The notes under the pieces: model-generated
What the model was told of the DNA's origin: nothing
What the model saw: the letters and a program-made list of their open reading frames with translations, nothing else
Database searches by the model: none
DNA from: a virus
Reading direction: 5' to 3' (one strand)
DNA: 64,000 nucleotides
IMG/VR virus record: IMGVR_UViG_3300021376_000010
Part shown: positions 44,550 to 53,482 of the stretch, piece after piece
Layout: the number at the start of each line of letters is the position of its first letter
How positions within the stretch are numbered: position 1 is the first letter of the stretch
Position numbers and translations under genes: made by a program

Positions 44550-46013
44550 TTACTCTTTAAAGTTGATTTGTAGTACTTCATAATTAAAATTCTCTTCGTT
44601 ATAAATTTTAATCCTTTCAATTAAATGATTTAAAGTATAATTTTTTTTAGACTTGTATGTAATATCATCTGCAATATCATAAAGAATTGCTTTTGACTTA
44701 TTATCTCCTTTCCTTAAAACTCTTCCAATAGATTGGAGATTCCTAATTCTTGATTTTGAAGGTGAAGCAAATATTACATTATGTAAGTTTTTAATATTTA
44801 CTCCTGTCGAGAAAGTTCCATAAGATGCAACAATAATTGCATCAGACTCTTTTTCTGTAATTTCTCTTACTTTTTCTCTCTCTTCGGCATCAACACCACC
44901 ATAAACAAAAAATATTTTTCTATTTTTTGAAGCAGAATTATTTATGAGATTGAAAATTGGCAATCCATGAGTCTCTACTCGATTAAAAAGGACTAAAGTG
45001 TTTCCTTTTAAATCTAAAGCAAGGTTTTTAATAAACTTATTTCTTTTTTCATGCCCAATCAAATACTGAATTTCTTCTTCATATTCATTGAACTGATGCT
45101 CACTATGCTTTAATAGAAGAACTTTTATTTGTAGTTTTGATAGATGCCCCTTTTCAATAAGTTCTTTAGTCTGTGTCACTTTATAAGATGGACCAAACAA
45201 ACCTTCTAAGACCCACTTATGTGTCTGTGAACCATCTAAAGTTCCAGTAAATCCAAATCTATACTTTGTATTATCCATTTTTGTCATAATACCAACTAAT
45301 GATTTGGATTTGAATTGGTGAGCCTCATCTCCAATAACTACATCAAAAGAATCATAGAATGTTCTAGGGAGTTTGTAGATTGACTGCCAAGTGGTAATAA
45401 TGACAGGATACTCATTCGTCTTCTCACGACCACTGTAGATGCGGTGGCAGTAGTCTTCTGCGTTCCATCCGTAGTCTTGGAAGTCTTTGAACATCTGTTC
45501 AACCAGGGACGTTGTGGGGACCACTAGGAGTATCTTTTGCTCTCTTTCTGCAAAGTATCTGACAATTGAGTAAATCATTAATGACTTACCAGAAGCAGTA
45601 GGTGAAATTAAAAGTTTACGATTATATTTAAGTGCATCATAGACTGCATCAATTTGATAATCCCTTGGTTTATGGCTGGAGATACGAGTTATATAATCTT
45701 TGACTCCTTCGTAAGAAACACTATCGTTTTCTTCAAAAGGAGTTCCGTAAAACTTATTATTTTCAAACTCGATTGTATAGTTTGATTTTTTTGCCCAAGA
45801 AATAATTTTATCTAAAAGACCAACATATATTTCACCAGTTGCTGTTGAGAACAAACGTATTTTTCCATCCCAGTACTTACTTCTATATTGAGGCATAAAT
45901 TTTGCACCAGGAACATCAAATGTGAAATAGTCACTTAGTTCCTGGTGAATATGAGGATCAGCAGTTATCGTTAGATATATCTCGTTCTTTTTTTTAATTT
46001 TAATGTCAGTCAT
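44550..46013 (-). CDS. uvsW: SF2 helicase UvsW
   Basis: PTASGKS, DEAH, TGT, QSIGRVLR. Confidence 0.96.
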   Translation of the reverse strand: MTDIKIKKKNEIYLTITADPHIHQELSDYFTFDVPGAKFMPQYRSKYWDGKIRLFSTATGEIYVGLLDKIISWAKKSNYTIEFENNKFYGTPFEENDSVSYEGVKDYITRISSHKPRDYQIDAVYDALKYNRKLLISPTASGKSLMIYSIVRYFAEREQKILLVVPTTSLVEQMFKDFQDYGWNAEDYCHRIYSGREKTNEYPVIITTWQSIYKLPRTFYDSFDVVIGDEAHQFKSKSLVGIMTKMDNTKYRFGFTGTLDGSQTHKWVLEGLFGPSYKVTQTKELIEKGHLSKLQIKVLLLKHSEHQFNEYEEEIQYLIGHEKRNKFIKNLALDLKGNTLVLFNRVETHGLPIFNLINNSASKNRKIFFVYGGVDAEEREKVREITEKESDAIIVASYGTFSTGVNIKNLHNVIFASPSKSRIRNLQSIGRVLRKGDNKSKAILYDIADDITYKSKKNYTLNHLIERIKIYNEENFNYEVLQINFKE

Positions 46014-46434
46014 ATCCAGCAGTAAATCTCATGAATTCAATTGCATTCTTTATTTGGTAAGTTCTATTTAATATTGTCTTTAAAATACTATCCAAATAAT
46101 TTAACATTGTCTGAAAATATTCAATTTTAGATACAGATTTAATAATCTCTTCATCTGCATCCATATACTTATCTATATCTGGTTTTAAAACCTTATGATC
46201 GAATGGATTTTCTTTATATACTTCTGGATCTGCTTTGCCAGTGTAATACAACCATTTTTCTTTTTTTAATATTTTGAATTTATTCTCTTCCATCTTTTTT
46301 AATAAGAGAATATTATTATAAATTTTATAATATTTTGAATGTAAAGAAGGTATCTTTATAGATTCAGTATGAAGGTTATCTGGGTCTAATTTTGAATCTT
46401 CTTCCCATAATGTTTGAATTTCATCAATATTCAT
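46006..46434 (-). CDS. uvsY: recombination mediator UvsY
   Basis: IPSLHSKY, YYTGKA, RTYQIKNAI. Confidence 0.92.
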   Translation of the reverse strand: MNIDEIQTLWEEDSKLDPDNLHTESIKIPSLHSKYYKIYNNILLLKKMEENKFKILKKEKWLYYTGKADPEVYKENPFDHKVLKPDIDKYMDADEEIIKSVSKIEYFQTMLNYLDSILKTILNRTYQIKNAIEFMRFTAGYD

Positions 46435-46985
46435 AAGTCAAGTTTTTTAATATCGTAAATTGTATATTTAAATGTTGCTGATGCTGTAATATAATTAGCA
46501 TTGGAATCTTTTGCATCAAAGCCAATTGTTGAAAGAGAAACTGGAAATAATCCCTTGAATGAAACATTTACAATTGGTTGGAAGTTGCTATTGTAAATAA
46601 TCAGAGTTCCATCTGATTGACCACTCATAGCATTTTGCTTTCCTGGATTTAAAGTATCGTTATCTAATAGTTGTTTATATTCTTCAACTGAAAATGGATA
46701 ACCAAATCCCCTTAACCAGTTATGTACTAATAAGTAATTTTCAAAATTTTCATCTACGAGAAAGTCCAAAGAAAAATCGTCATAACTCAATTTATCACCT
46801 GGAATTGGGATATCTTTCAAGTAAGATGGTTGAGCAGCAACTCCTAAACTTATAGATGGAATTAGTGCAGTATTAGAAAAAAAATCAACTTTTGGATATT
46901 TTGCTAAAGTAAATTTAAATCCAGTAGTTGTTAAAAAATTTCTATTACTTATTTGCCTTTCTAGTGGTAATAAAGTTTCTGACAC
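46431..46985 (-). CDS. g3: tail completion/terminator protein gp3
   Basis: NFL...GFKF, PGDKL, FLVDEN..NY, FPVSL; position after g23. Confidence 0.85.
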   Translation of the reverse strand: MSETLLPLERQISNRNFLTTTGFKFTLAKYPKVDFFSNTALIPSISLGVAAQPSYLKDIPIPGDKLSYDDFSLDFLVDENFENYLLVHNWLRGFGYPFSVEEYKQLLDNDTLNPGKQNAMSGQSDGTLIIYNSNFQPIVNVSFKGLFPVSLSTIGFDAKDSNANYITASATFKYTIYDIKKLDL

Positions 46986-47024
46986 CTGTTAATCCCAAAA
47001 TTATTTTTAACTATTTATTCGCAT

Positions 47025-47050
47025 AAAAAAAGAGGGTCCGTAGACCCTCT
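47025..47050 (-). terminator. intrinsic terminator after g23
   Basis: AGAGGGTC-TACG-GACCCTCT + T run. Confidence 0.85.
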
Positions 47051-47069
47051 TAATTTCCTTAGTGATAAA

Positions 47070-48461
47070 TCACATTAGGTTGTCAACACGTACTCTTCTG
47101 TAGTAACGGTTGGTGTTTGCCTCAAGACGACCTAGACCTGCGCTGGTTCCTTCTGCAAATGGGTTTGCAACGATACCATAACGGGTCTTAAATCCGATTT
47201 TTGGCTGGAAGCTATTCTCACCAACTGCACGTACCATCTGGAGAGGTACATATGGGCAGTAGAAGAGACCAGCATCATAAGGTGAAGAACCCTTGTAACC
47301 AACAACATAGTACTGGTTAGCACTGTTGTTTGCTGCATATGGGTCAATGTATACCTTGTAACGACCGTTGAGAACACCTGCGAAGGTGTTGCCAGTGTCA
47401 TCAACATTGAGGTTTGCATTAAGTGCAGGGGTGTAGTCAAGAAGTCCTGCGTGGGTGAGTGCTGAAGCAACGTCTGCTGAACAGAGAATCATGTTGCCCT
47501 TTCCTCTACGAGTTCTTTGTGCAATCTGGTTTGCATCACGCTCGATTTGGAAGATAAGACCCTTGAACTTCTCAACTGACCAACGACCGTTGGAGTCAAC
47601 GTCGAGGTCGAAGATACCTGAAGTTGCTGTGTTTAGAGTTGCACCCTGTTCAGCAATCTTGTAGATGGTTCTGATGACTTCACGGTTGATTTCAGCAAGA
47701 ATCTCTGTTGAGAGAATGTTTGCCAACTCAGCCTCAGCATTTAGACCATGGATTGCCTTAAGGTCTTGTGCAAGCTCTAGTGAGTACTCAGCCTTGAGTG
47801 CTCTGGACTTTGCAGTAACGGTGACTTTCTCGATTGAGAATGCCATCTCGTTGAATGCACCAGCACCAGTACCATCAAGTGCTTCTGACTCAGCAGTGCT
47901 CATACCTTGTCCTACGTTGTAGGAACCAGCAGGAGATGCAGTTGGGTTAAGAAGACCTGGGTTTGCACCAGACTGTGCAGTAGTACCGAAACCAGCAGCA
48001 ACACCAGTGAAACCAGCAGTCTTACCATAACCAGCATTCTGACCAGAGAATGCAGTATTTGCTTCGTCGAATAGTGCTTCTGTTCCGTTCTGGTTGGTAT
48101 ACTTCGAACGCATTGCGAAGATAAGACCAGTTGGAGCATTCATTGGTTGAACACCTGCTAGGTCATATGCGACCAAGTTAGGCATTGAACGACGAATGAG
48201 TGAAATTAGAACTGGGTCAAAACCAGCAACAGGTGCTGATGCGGAACCACTGAAACCTGCAGCACCAGTTGCTGATGGGTCAGTATTTACAGTTGGGGTT
48301 TCGTAGAGGAACTCACGCTCTTCACGTAGTGCTCTCTCTTGGTTTTCTAGCAGGATAGCAGTAACTGCTCTACGGTGGGAATCTCTGATTTCACCTAGAC
48401 CATTATAGTCTAGGAGTGGTGCCCACTTCTCCTGCAGATGTTCTGCGTTGAACATTTGCAT
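47070..48461 (-). CDS. g23: major capsid protein gp23
   Basis: KWAPLL, LENQE, GVQPM..PTGLIFAMR, KSRALKAEY, FYCPYVPL, GFKTRYG. Confidence 0.98.
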   Translation of the reverse strand: MQMFNAEHLQEKWAPLLDYNGLGEIRDSHRRAVTAILLENQERALREEREFLYETPTVNTDPSATGAAGFSGSASAPVAGFDPVLISLIRRSMPNLVAYDLAGVQPMNAPTGLIFAMRSKYTNQNGTEALFDEANTAFSGQNAGYGKTAGFTGVAAGFGTTAQSGANPGLLNPTASPAGSYNVGQGMSTAESEALDGTGAGAFNEMAFSIEKVTVTAKSRALKAEYSLELAQDLKAIHGLNAEAELANILSTEILAEINREVIRTIYKIAEQGATLNTATSGIFDLDVDSNGRWSVEKFKGLIFQIERDANQIAQRTRRGKGNMILCSADVASALTHAGLLDYTPALNANLNVDDTGNTFAGVLNGRYKVYIDPYAANNSANQYYVVGYKGSSPYDAGLFYCPYVPLQMVRAVGENSFQPKIGFKTRYGIVANPFAEGTSAGLGRLEANTNRYYRRVRVDNLM

Positions 48462-48514
48462 TGTTTTTGCCTCTGTATGGAAATTGTTAGTTTGATATTT
48501 TTATTATATAAAAA

Positions 48515-49708
48515 TCACTTTTTAGAAACTCTTTCAAGTGCTTGGAGATAAGCACCCATTGTTCCAGTAACTGGTTGTGAGTAGTCAGTCTCCTCTGCAA
48601 TATAGTCTTGATTGTCTCTTTGAGTAACTACATTTGATGGGAAATATGATTCCCTCAATGTTACTAGTTTCTCACGATAGTCTTCTTCACTACCAAACTC
48701 AACATTTTCTGCAAGAGAAGCAAGCTTGTCTTTCTGCGAAAGTGCAAGTCCTTCAGAAACTTCCGCAAAAATTACGTCAGTCACTGATTCTGCTAGTCTC
48801 TTATTTAGAGCAACATTTCTTTCGATTTGCTCGTTGAGTTTTGACTCCATTTCATCAAGTTTTTCTACCATGCTCTCAAGCACATCATATTTATCTTCAG
48901 GGATTGATACATAATGCTCTTCAAAAAGTCCTTTCAGACCCATAAGGAATGATTCAGTTGCCTGAGCTTGGATTCCTCTTTCGATTGCAATTGCATTCTC
49001 CTGAATCCACTCATCAGCAACATACTCAAGATAAGCATCAAGTCTTTCTTCTAGTGCTTCCTCAAGTTCTGCAACTTCTTCTGCTAGTTTCTCTTCATAA
49101 TGTGTAAGAATTGCTTCTTCAATTTGTTGAGTTCTAGCATTTAGTGCTGCTTCAAAGATTGTTCTTGCCTTATCTCTAAACTCTTCTGATAATTCTTCAC
49201 CAGAAAGTAGAGCATCAACATCTTCTTGAATTTCATTTTCAATGGCAATAAATGCCTCTTTCATTTTTTTCTTCTTACCATCTTCTTCTTCTTCCTCATC
49301 CTCATCTTCACCTTCTTCTTCCTCATCCTCATCTTCGCATGATGCTGCTTCTTCTAGTTCTTCTTCACTTTCTTCGAGTTCAACTTCGTCCTCTAGGAGT
49401 TCTTCGTCCTCGTCTTCAGATTCCTCTTTCATTTCTTTCATTGATTCTGCAGACTTAGCACCCTTATTTACAACATCCTTAACTTGTGCCAAAGTTGCAC
49501 CAGGAGTCTTCAGCTTTGCTGAATCATCTGTAGACTTGTAATTTTCTGGGGTTGGACCACCAAGGTCTTCCCAACTTCCTGTTTGACCAGCAACTGCTCC
49601 AGGAGCAAGTTTATGCATTGGTTCTGCTGCAGCAGCGTTTGCATTTACAGCAGTTTTAGATTGTTTAGTGCCTGTTTCCATTTCTTGTAAGTTTTTACCA
49701 CGGGACAT
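48515..49708 (-). CDS. g22: prohead core scaffold protein gp22
   Basis: acidic coiled coil, KARTIFEAA, YLEYVADEW; between g21 and g23. Confidence 0.92.
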   Translation of the reverse strand: MSRGKNLQEMETGTKQSKTAVNANAAAAEPMHKLAPGAVAGQTGSWEDLGGPTPENYKSTDDSAKLKTPGATLAQVKDVVNKGAKSAESMKEMKEESEDEDEELLEDEVELEESEEELEEAASCEDEDEEEEGEDEDEEEEEDGKKKKMKEAFIAIENEIQEDVDALLSGEELSEEFRDKARTIFEAALNARTQQIEEAILTHYEEKLAEEVAELEEALEERLDAYLEYVADEWIQENAIAIERGIQAQATESFLMGLKGLFEEHYVSIPEDKYDVLESMVEKLDEMESKLNEQIERNVALNKRLAESVTDVIFAEVSEGLALSQKDKLASLAENVEFGSEEDYREKLVTLRESYFPSNVVTQRDNQDYIAEETDYSQPVTGTMGAYLQALERVSKK

Positions 49709-49758
49709 TTGAACTCTCCGATTTTACTATATATCTAAAATCTATATTTATTTATAAA

Positions 49759-50409
49759 TCAAAGATTTGATAAAAATTCTTGGAACAGATTTAACTTCTG
49801 CTCGTCAAGTACTTTTTGATCTACTAATGTATTTATTCTCTTGTAAGTCTTTTGTGCTAGTTGTTCTCTTAGAACACCACCATCCCAAACCCATTCCTTC
49901 CCTTCCATAATTCCCTGAACAAATGCATCAGGAGCAGATGGGTCGGCAACAATATCTGCAGCAGTTGCTAACATAAAGTCTTCACCAACAACTGAGTATC
50001 CTTCATTCGTTGGCATCAATGAACCAACACCACGAGAAGAGACACCCAAACAAACTCCTTCACCAAGAAGAGAAGATGCAATCTTTCCCATTGGTGTTTC
50101 AAGAATTTTTGCTTTTCCAATAAAATTACTGCCATTTCTTTCTAGCATTGTAATTTTATGTGACACTCTATCAAGATTTACGGTAGGACCATCAGGGTGT
50201 CCAAGTTCACCAAGAGCACGACCTTTCTGAATAAAATTTTCATTATATCTCTTAACCTCTCTTTCAAGAGTTCTCATTTCATAGAGTCTTTTGTTTCTGT
50301 TTGGTTTATCTGCTTGGAGGAAGATACCTTCAATAAAAAGAGATTTTTTACCGTTCTTTTCTTCGGTAATAACCTTAACCTTTTCGATTTCTTCTGTGAT
50401 TAGTTTCAT
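49759..50409 (-). CDS. g21: prohead protease gp21
   Basis: MKLITE, ALGELGHP, GVSSRG, DIVADPSAPDA. Confidence 0.96.
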   Translation of the reverse strand: MKLITEEIEKVKVITEEKNGKKSLFIEGIFLQADKPNRNKRLYEMRTLEREVKRYNENFIQKGRALGELGHPDGPTVNLDRVSHKITMLERNGSNFIGKAKILETPMGKIASSLLGEGVCLGVSSRGVGSLMPTNEGYSVVGEDFMLATAADIVADPSAPDAFVQGIMEGKEWVWDGGVLREQLAQKTYKRINTLVDQKVLDEQKLNLFQEFLSNL

Positions 50410-50414
50410 TGTTC

Positions 50415-50684
50415 TTAGTTGGTAAATCCTACTTTTGCGACTTTGACAGTATTTGCAGATGCAAAAATCACATCCGTTGGAAGTTTTTGTAAGAATTCCA
50501 CAGTTCCATTTGGCATTGTGAATGTTAAAGTTGATGCAGCACCAACAGCAGTAGAAATACTTACAGTTGCAGCACCACCAGAACCGTTATACAGTCTTAC
50601 GCAAGTAGCTTCACTAATACTTGATGCAGTGCCAGCAGTAGTTGGCATTGCAATCTCAGTTGTAATTATTTTTGTTCTTTGCAT
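50415..50684 (-). CDS. small late protein
   Basis: late-type promoter 50709-50716; ATCVRLYN, KVGFTN. Confidence 0.7.
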   Translation of the reverse strand: MQRTKIITTEIAMPTTAGTASSISEATCVRLYNGSGGAATVSISTAVGAASTLTFTMPNGTVEFLQKLPTDVIFASANTVKVAKVGFTN

Positions 50685-50721
50685 TGTTATAATAAAGACC
50701 TTATAAGTTATTTATGATTTC

Positions 50722-50931
50722 TTATAATTCGTTCTTAATTAACAACATATCAAAAGCAGCAGTGTATCTACCATTATTACTTCTTGTAGTAAGTCTTATA
50801 TCTATATCAGAGTGTTGAGGTCGGCAACAAAAGATTCACCAACTGGTTCTAGAATCGTTGATGTATAGATTTCCATTGAAATCACCAGCAATATTAATTG
50901 ATTCCGAAATAAACTGTCTGTATGATTTCAT
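50722..50931 (-). pseudogene. deletion scar: frameshifted N-terminal relic plus orphan C-terminal relic
   Basis: MKSYRQFISESINIAGDFNGNLYIND then stop; EPVGESFVAD in a shifted frame; startless PQHSDIDIRLTTRSNNGRYTAAFDMLLIKNEL*. Confidence 0.5.
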
Positions 50932-50940
50932 TTTTATATC

Positions 50941-51105
50941 TCACTCTTCTTCTGAGGAATCTTCTAAGTCAAACATGTCAGAAACAACATGAGGTCTAAC
51001 AGTTTCAATTCTCTCCAATGCTTTTTGCATTAGCATCTGTTTAATTTCATCACTAACTTCCATAGGAGATTCGCCTGTTGCAATTTTACTAATTAAGTCA
51101 CTCAT
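50941..51105 (-). CDS. prohead core protein (gp67-like), 54 aa (not in ORF track)
   Basis: MSDLISKIATGESPMEVSDEIKQMLMQKALERIETVRP..acidic tail; directly after g20; late promoter 51130-51137. Confidence 0.7.
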   Translation of the reverse strand: MSDLISKIATGESPMEVSDEIKQMLMQKALERIETVRPHVVSDMFDLEDSSEEE

Positions 51106-51132
51106 AGTCTTTAAATGTTAATTTAAAATTAT

Positions 51133-52797
51133 TTATATTTGTCCTGCTTCTGGTTCCATTACTGGAGCTCCCATTGAAGCATTAGATTGTGGTGCTGTTT
51201 CTTGTGGAATCTGTTGTCCATCTGGAGGCATTGCCTCTGGTGGAACTGCATTTGGATCTGGTAAGATGCCTTTTTGTATTTCTTTTTTAATTTGTTTATC
51301 AATATCAATAATATCTCCATCAGTTTGTTTTAGAATTTTTGTTCTTACATACTGAACTGAAAAATATCTTCCTAGATATGGTTCCATTGCTGCAACAACA
51401 GCAAGTTTATCATTCATCAACTCTGATTCTTTTAGTTCAGCAAAATGATTATCATAAAGAAAATCATACTGAATATGATCAGAAAGAATATTCCAGTCTT
51501 CTGGAGTTACGATATTCTTAAGAATAAGTTGAGTTTTTAAGATATCATTAAACAAATTAGAAAATCTTTTTCTTAGTCTTCCTACAAATTTGGTAAATCT
51601 TACTTCATCTCTTAAAATTTCAGAAGAACGACCAAGACTAAAACCACCACTTGAGTTTGTTCTAGTTTCTGGAACATTTAGTGAACGGAATAATTTCTTT
51701 TGGAAATATTCAATATCAGAAAGTTCACCTAAGTTTTGTCCACCAGGAAGAGTAGTAATTTCTGTTCCTCTTCCCCCTTCTCTACGTGGCAACCAGAAAT
51801 CCTCAAGCATTGCCATGTATTTTCTATCATCACGAATTTCTCCAGTATCTGCGTTATAGACCAATTTGTTTCTATAACGATTCATTACATCACGAAGATA
51901 TTGCTCTGCTTTAATCTTTGGGAGATTGCCAACATCAATATAGAAAATACGACGTTCTGGAGCACGAGATAGTCTATAAATCACAAGACTATCTTCAATC
52001 ATGCGAAGTTGATTGAGCGCTTTAATTGCTTTATGTAAATATGATAATACTGTTTGTCTATTTCTATCTACTAATCCAGAAGTAATATAAGTAACGGAAT
52101 CTTTAGACAATCTAACCATTTTAGCATCATTCTTATAACTGTTTGATGTCTGACTACCACCAGTTTGTAATGTTGCATTTGGATTATAAATGTAATACTC
52201 TTCCATCTCTGGATTAGTAAAATCAATTGTATTATCCTTATTGATAATGGTATTGAGAGTTCCAGTTAAAGTCTGCTTATCATTTTTTAATTTTCTGATA
52301 TAACGAATCTTCAATGGGTCAATATATCTTACTTCTTTAATGCCATCTGCTGGTTTAGTTACATCAATGACTTTATGGTAATATAATCTTCCATCAATAT
52401 ACCAATTCCTAAAAATTTCATGGGCTTTCTTATCAAAGTCCATGATTTCTTTGATATATTTAAACTCGTTTCTAATTGCTTCTTTTAATTTGTCCGAAGC
52501 AGGAAGATTTGAAAGTTCTATCTCTACTGGAGAATCATTCAAATCCGAAACAATTGCTTCGTCTACAATATCTTCAATGGCACTATCACACTCAGGGTGA
52601 AGTGCCATTTCTCTGTATCTTCTTACTAAATCTTGTTCATTTTTATATACACCTTCAATATCTACATACTGGCCATAAAAACCACTAGAGATATAATAAT
52701 CTGACTTATCTTCGTCATTTTGAGGAACAGGGGAAAGAATTTTTTTTGAATTTTCTCTCCCCTTATCTTCAAACTTGTAACCAAATAATTTAGGCAT
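51133..52797 (-). CDS. g20: portal protein gp20
   Basis: WYIDGR, LRMIEDSLVIYRLSRAPERRIFYIDVGN, EDFWLPRREG. Confidence 0.98.
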   Translation of the reverse strand: MPKLFGYKFEDKGRENSKKILSPVPQNDEDKSDYYISSGFYGQYVDIEGVYKNEQDLVRRYREMALHPECDSAIEDIVDEAIVSDLNDSPVEIELSNLPASDKLKEAIRNEFKYIKEIMDFDKKAHEIFRNWYIDGRLYYHKVIDVTKPADGIKEVRYIDPLKIRYIRKLKNDKQTLTGTLNTIINKDNTIDFTNPEMEEYYIYNPNATLQTGGSQTSNSYKNDAKMVRLSKDSVTYITSGLVDRNRQTVLSYLHKAIKALNQLRMIEDSLVIYRLSRAPERRIFYIDVGNLPKIKAEQYLRDVMNRYRNKLVYNADTGEIRDDRKYMAMLEDFWLPRREGGRGTEITTLPGGQNLGELSDIEYFQKKLFRSLNVPETRTNSSGGFSLGRSSEILRDEVRFTKFVGRLRKRFSNLFNDILKTQLILKNIVTPEDWNILSDHIQYDFLYDNHFAELKESELMNDKLAVVAAMEPYLGRYFSVQYVRTKILKQTDGDIIDIDKQIKKEIQKGILPDPNAVPPEAMPPDGQQIPQETAPQSNASMGAPVMEPEAGQI

Positions 52798-52823
52798 ATT
52801 TCAAAAATAGACGTTTCTAGTAT

Positions 52824-53462
52824 TTATACTTCTTCTTTTGTGCCTAAAATACTCTTCTGATCACTTCCTAGGGAATCATACCATTGAACTTGCAAATCAA
52901 CACTAAATTCTTCAATAGCATCTGCACTATCATAGGATAATTCAATTGCACTAACTGATGTTGGAAAAGTTCCGTAGAATTTGTATGATTTCAAAACAGG
53001 AATTTGAGACTCTGTACCTGGAAGTGCTCCCGAATTTGCATCAGCAGCAACACTTCCTCTTCCCAGTTGATGAACTAACATTTCAGTTTGATATGCATTT
53101 GGTGTAATAACACCAGCATTATCATCATGTCTATTCATGAAGTTCATCCACTTCTCAAATGCGTCTCTAATCTTGAAGTTTGTATCGTTGATTACTGTGA
53201 TTGACCATGGATCGAATGTTCTATCACCAGCAATTTTTAAGTTTCTTCCTCTAAATGGAATATCAATTACATTGATATTTGATGCAGGAAGACTTGCTGC
53301 TTTAATCATGAATCTATAATCATCATCTTCAACAATTCCTAGACCGCCTGGAAATTTAATTTGACATTCAAATAGATTTGGCCTTGCTCCCCCTCCAACT
53401 AGTTTTCCTTTAAAATCGGATAAAGTTCTATCTGTGTATTTTGGTAAATTGGAATTTGCCAT
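52824..53462 (-). CDS. g19: tail tube protein gp19
   Basis: GGARPNLF, PFRGR..IAGDRTF, IEEF.V. Confidence 0.95.
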   Translation of the reverse strand: MANSNLPKYTDRTLSDFKGKLVGGGARPNLFECQIKFPGGLGIVEDDDYRFMIKAASLPASNINVIDIPFRGRNLKIAGDRTFDPWSITVINDTNFKIRDAFEKWMNFMNRHDDNAGVITPNAYQTEMLVHQLGRGSVAADANSGALPGTESQIPVLKSYKFYGTFPTSVSAIELSYDSADAIEEFSVDLQVQWYDSLGSDQKSILGTKEEV

Positions 53463-53482
53463 TTTTAGTTACCTCTATGAAA

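Noticed and set aside
49260-49430. GAA/GAG/GAT-rich quasi-repeat
   Set aside because: Ordinary acidic tract of the gp22 scaffold protein
50836-50838. TGA read-through or recoding joining two in-frame relics
   Set aside because: TGA ends many core genes normally here; a frameshift/deletion scar is simpler
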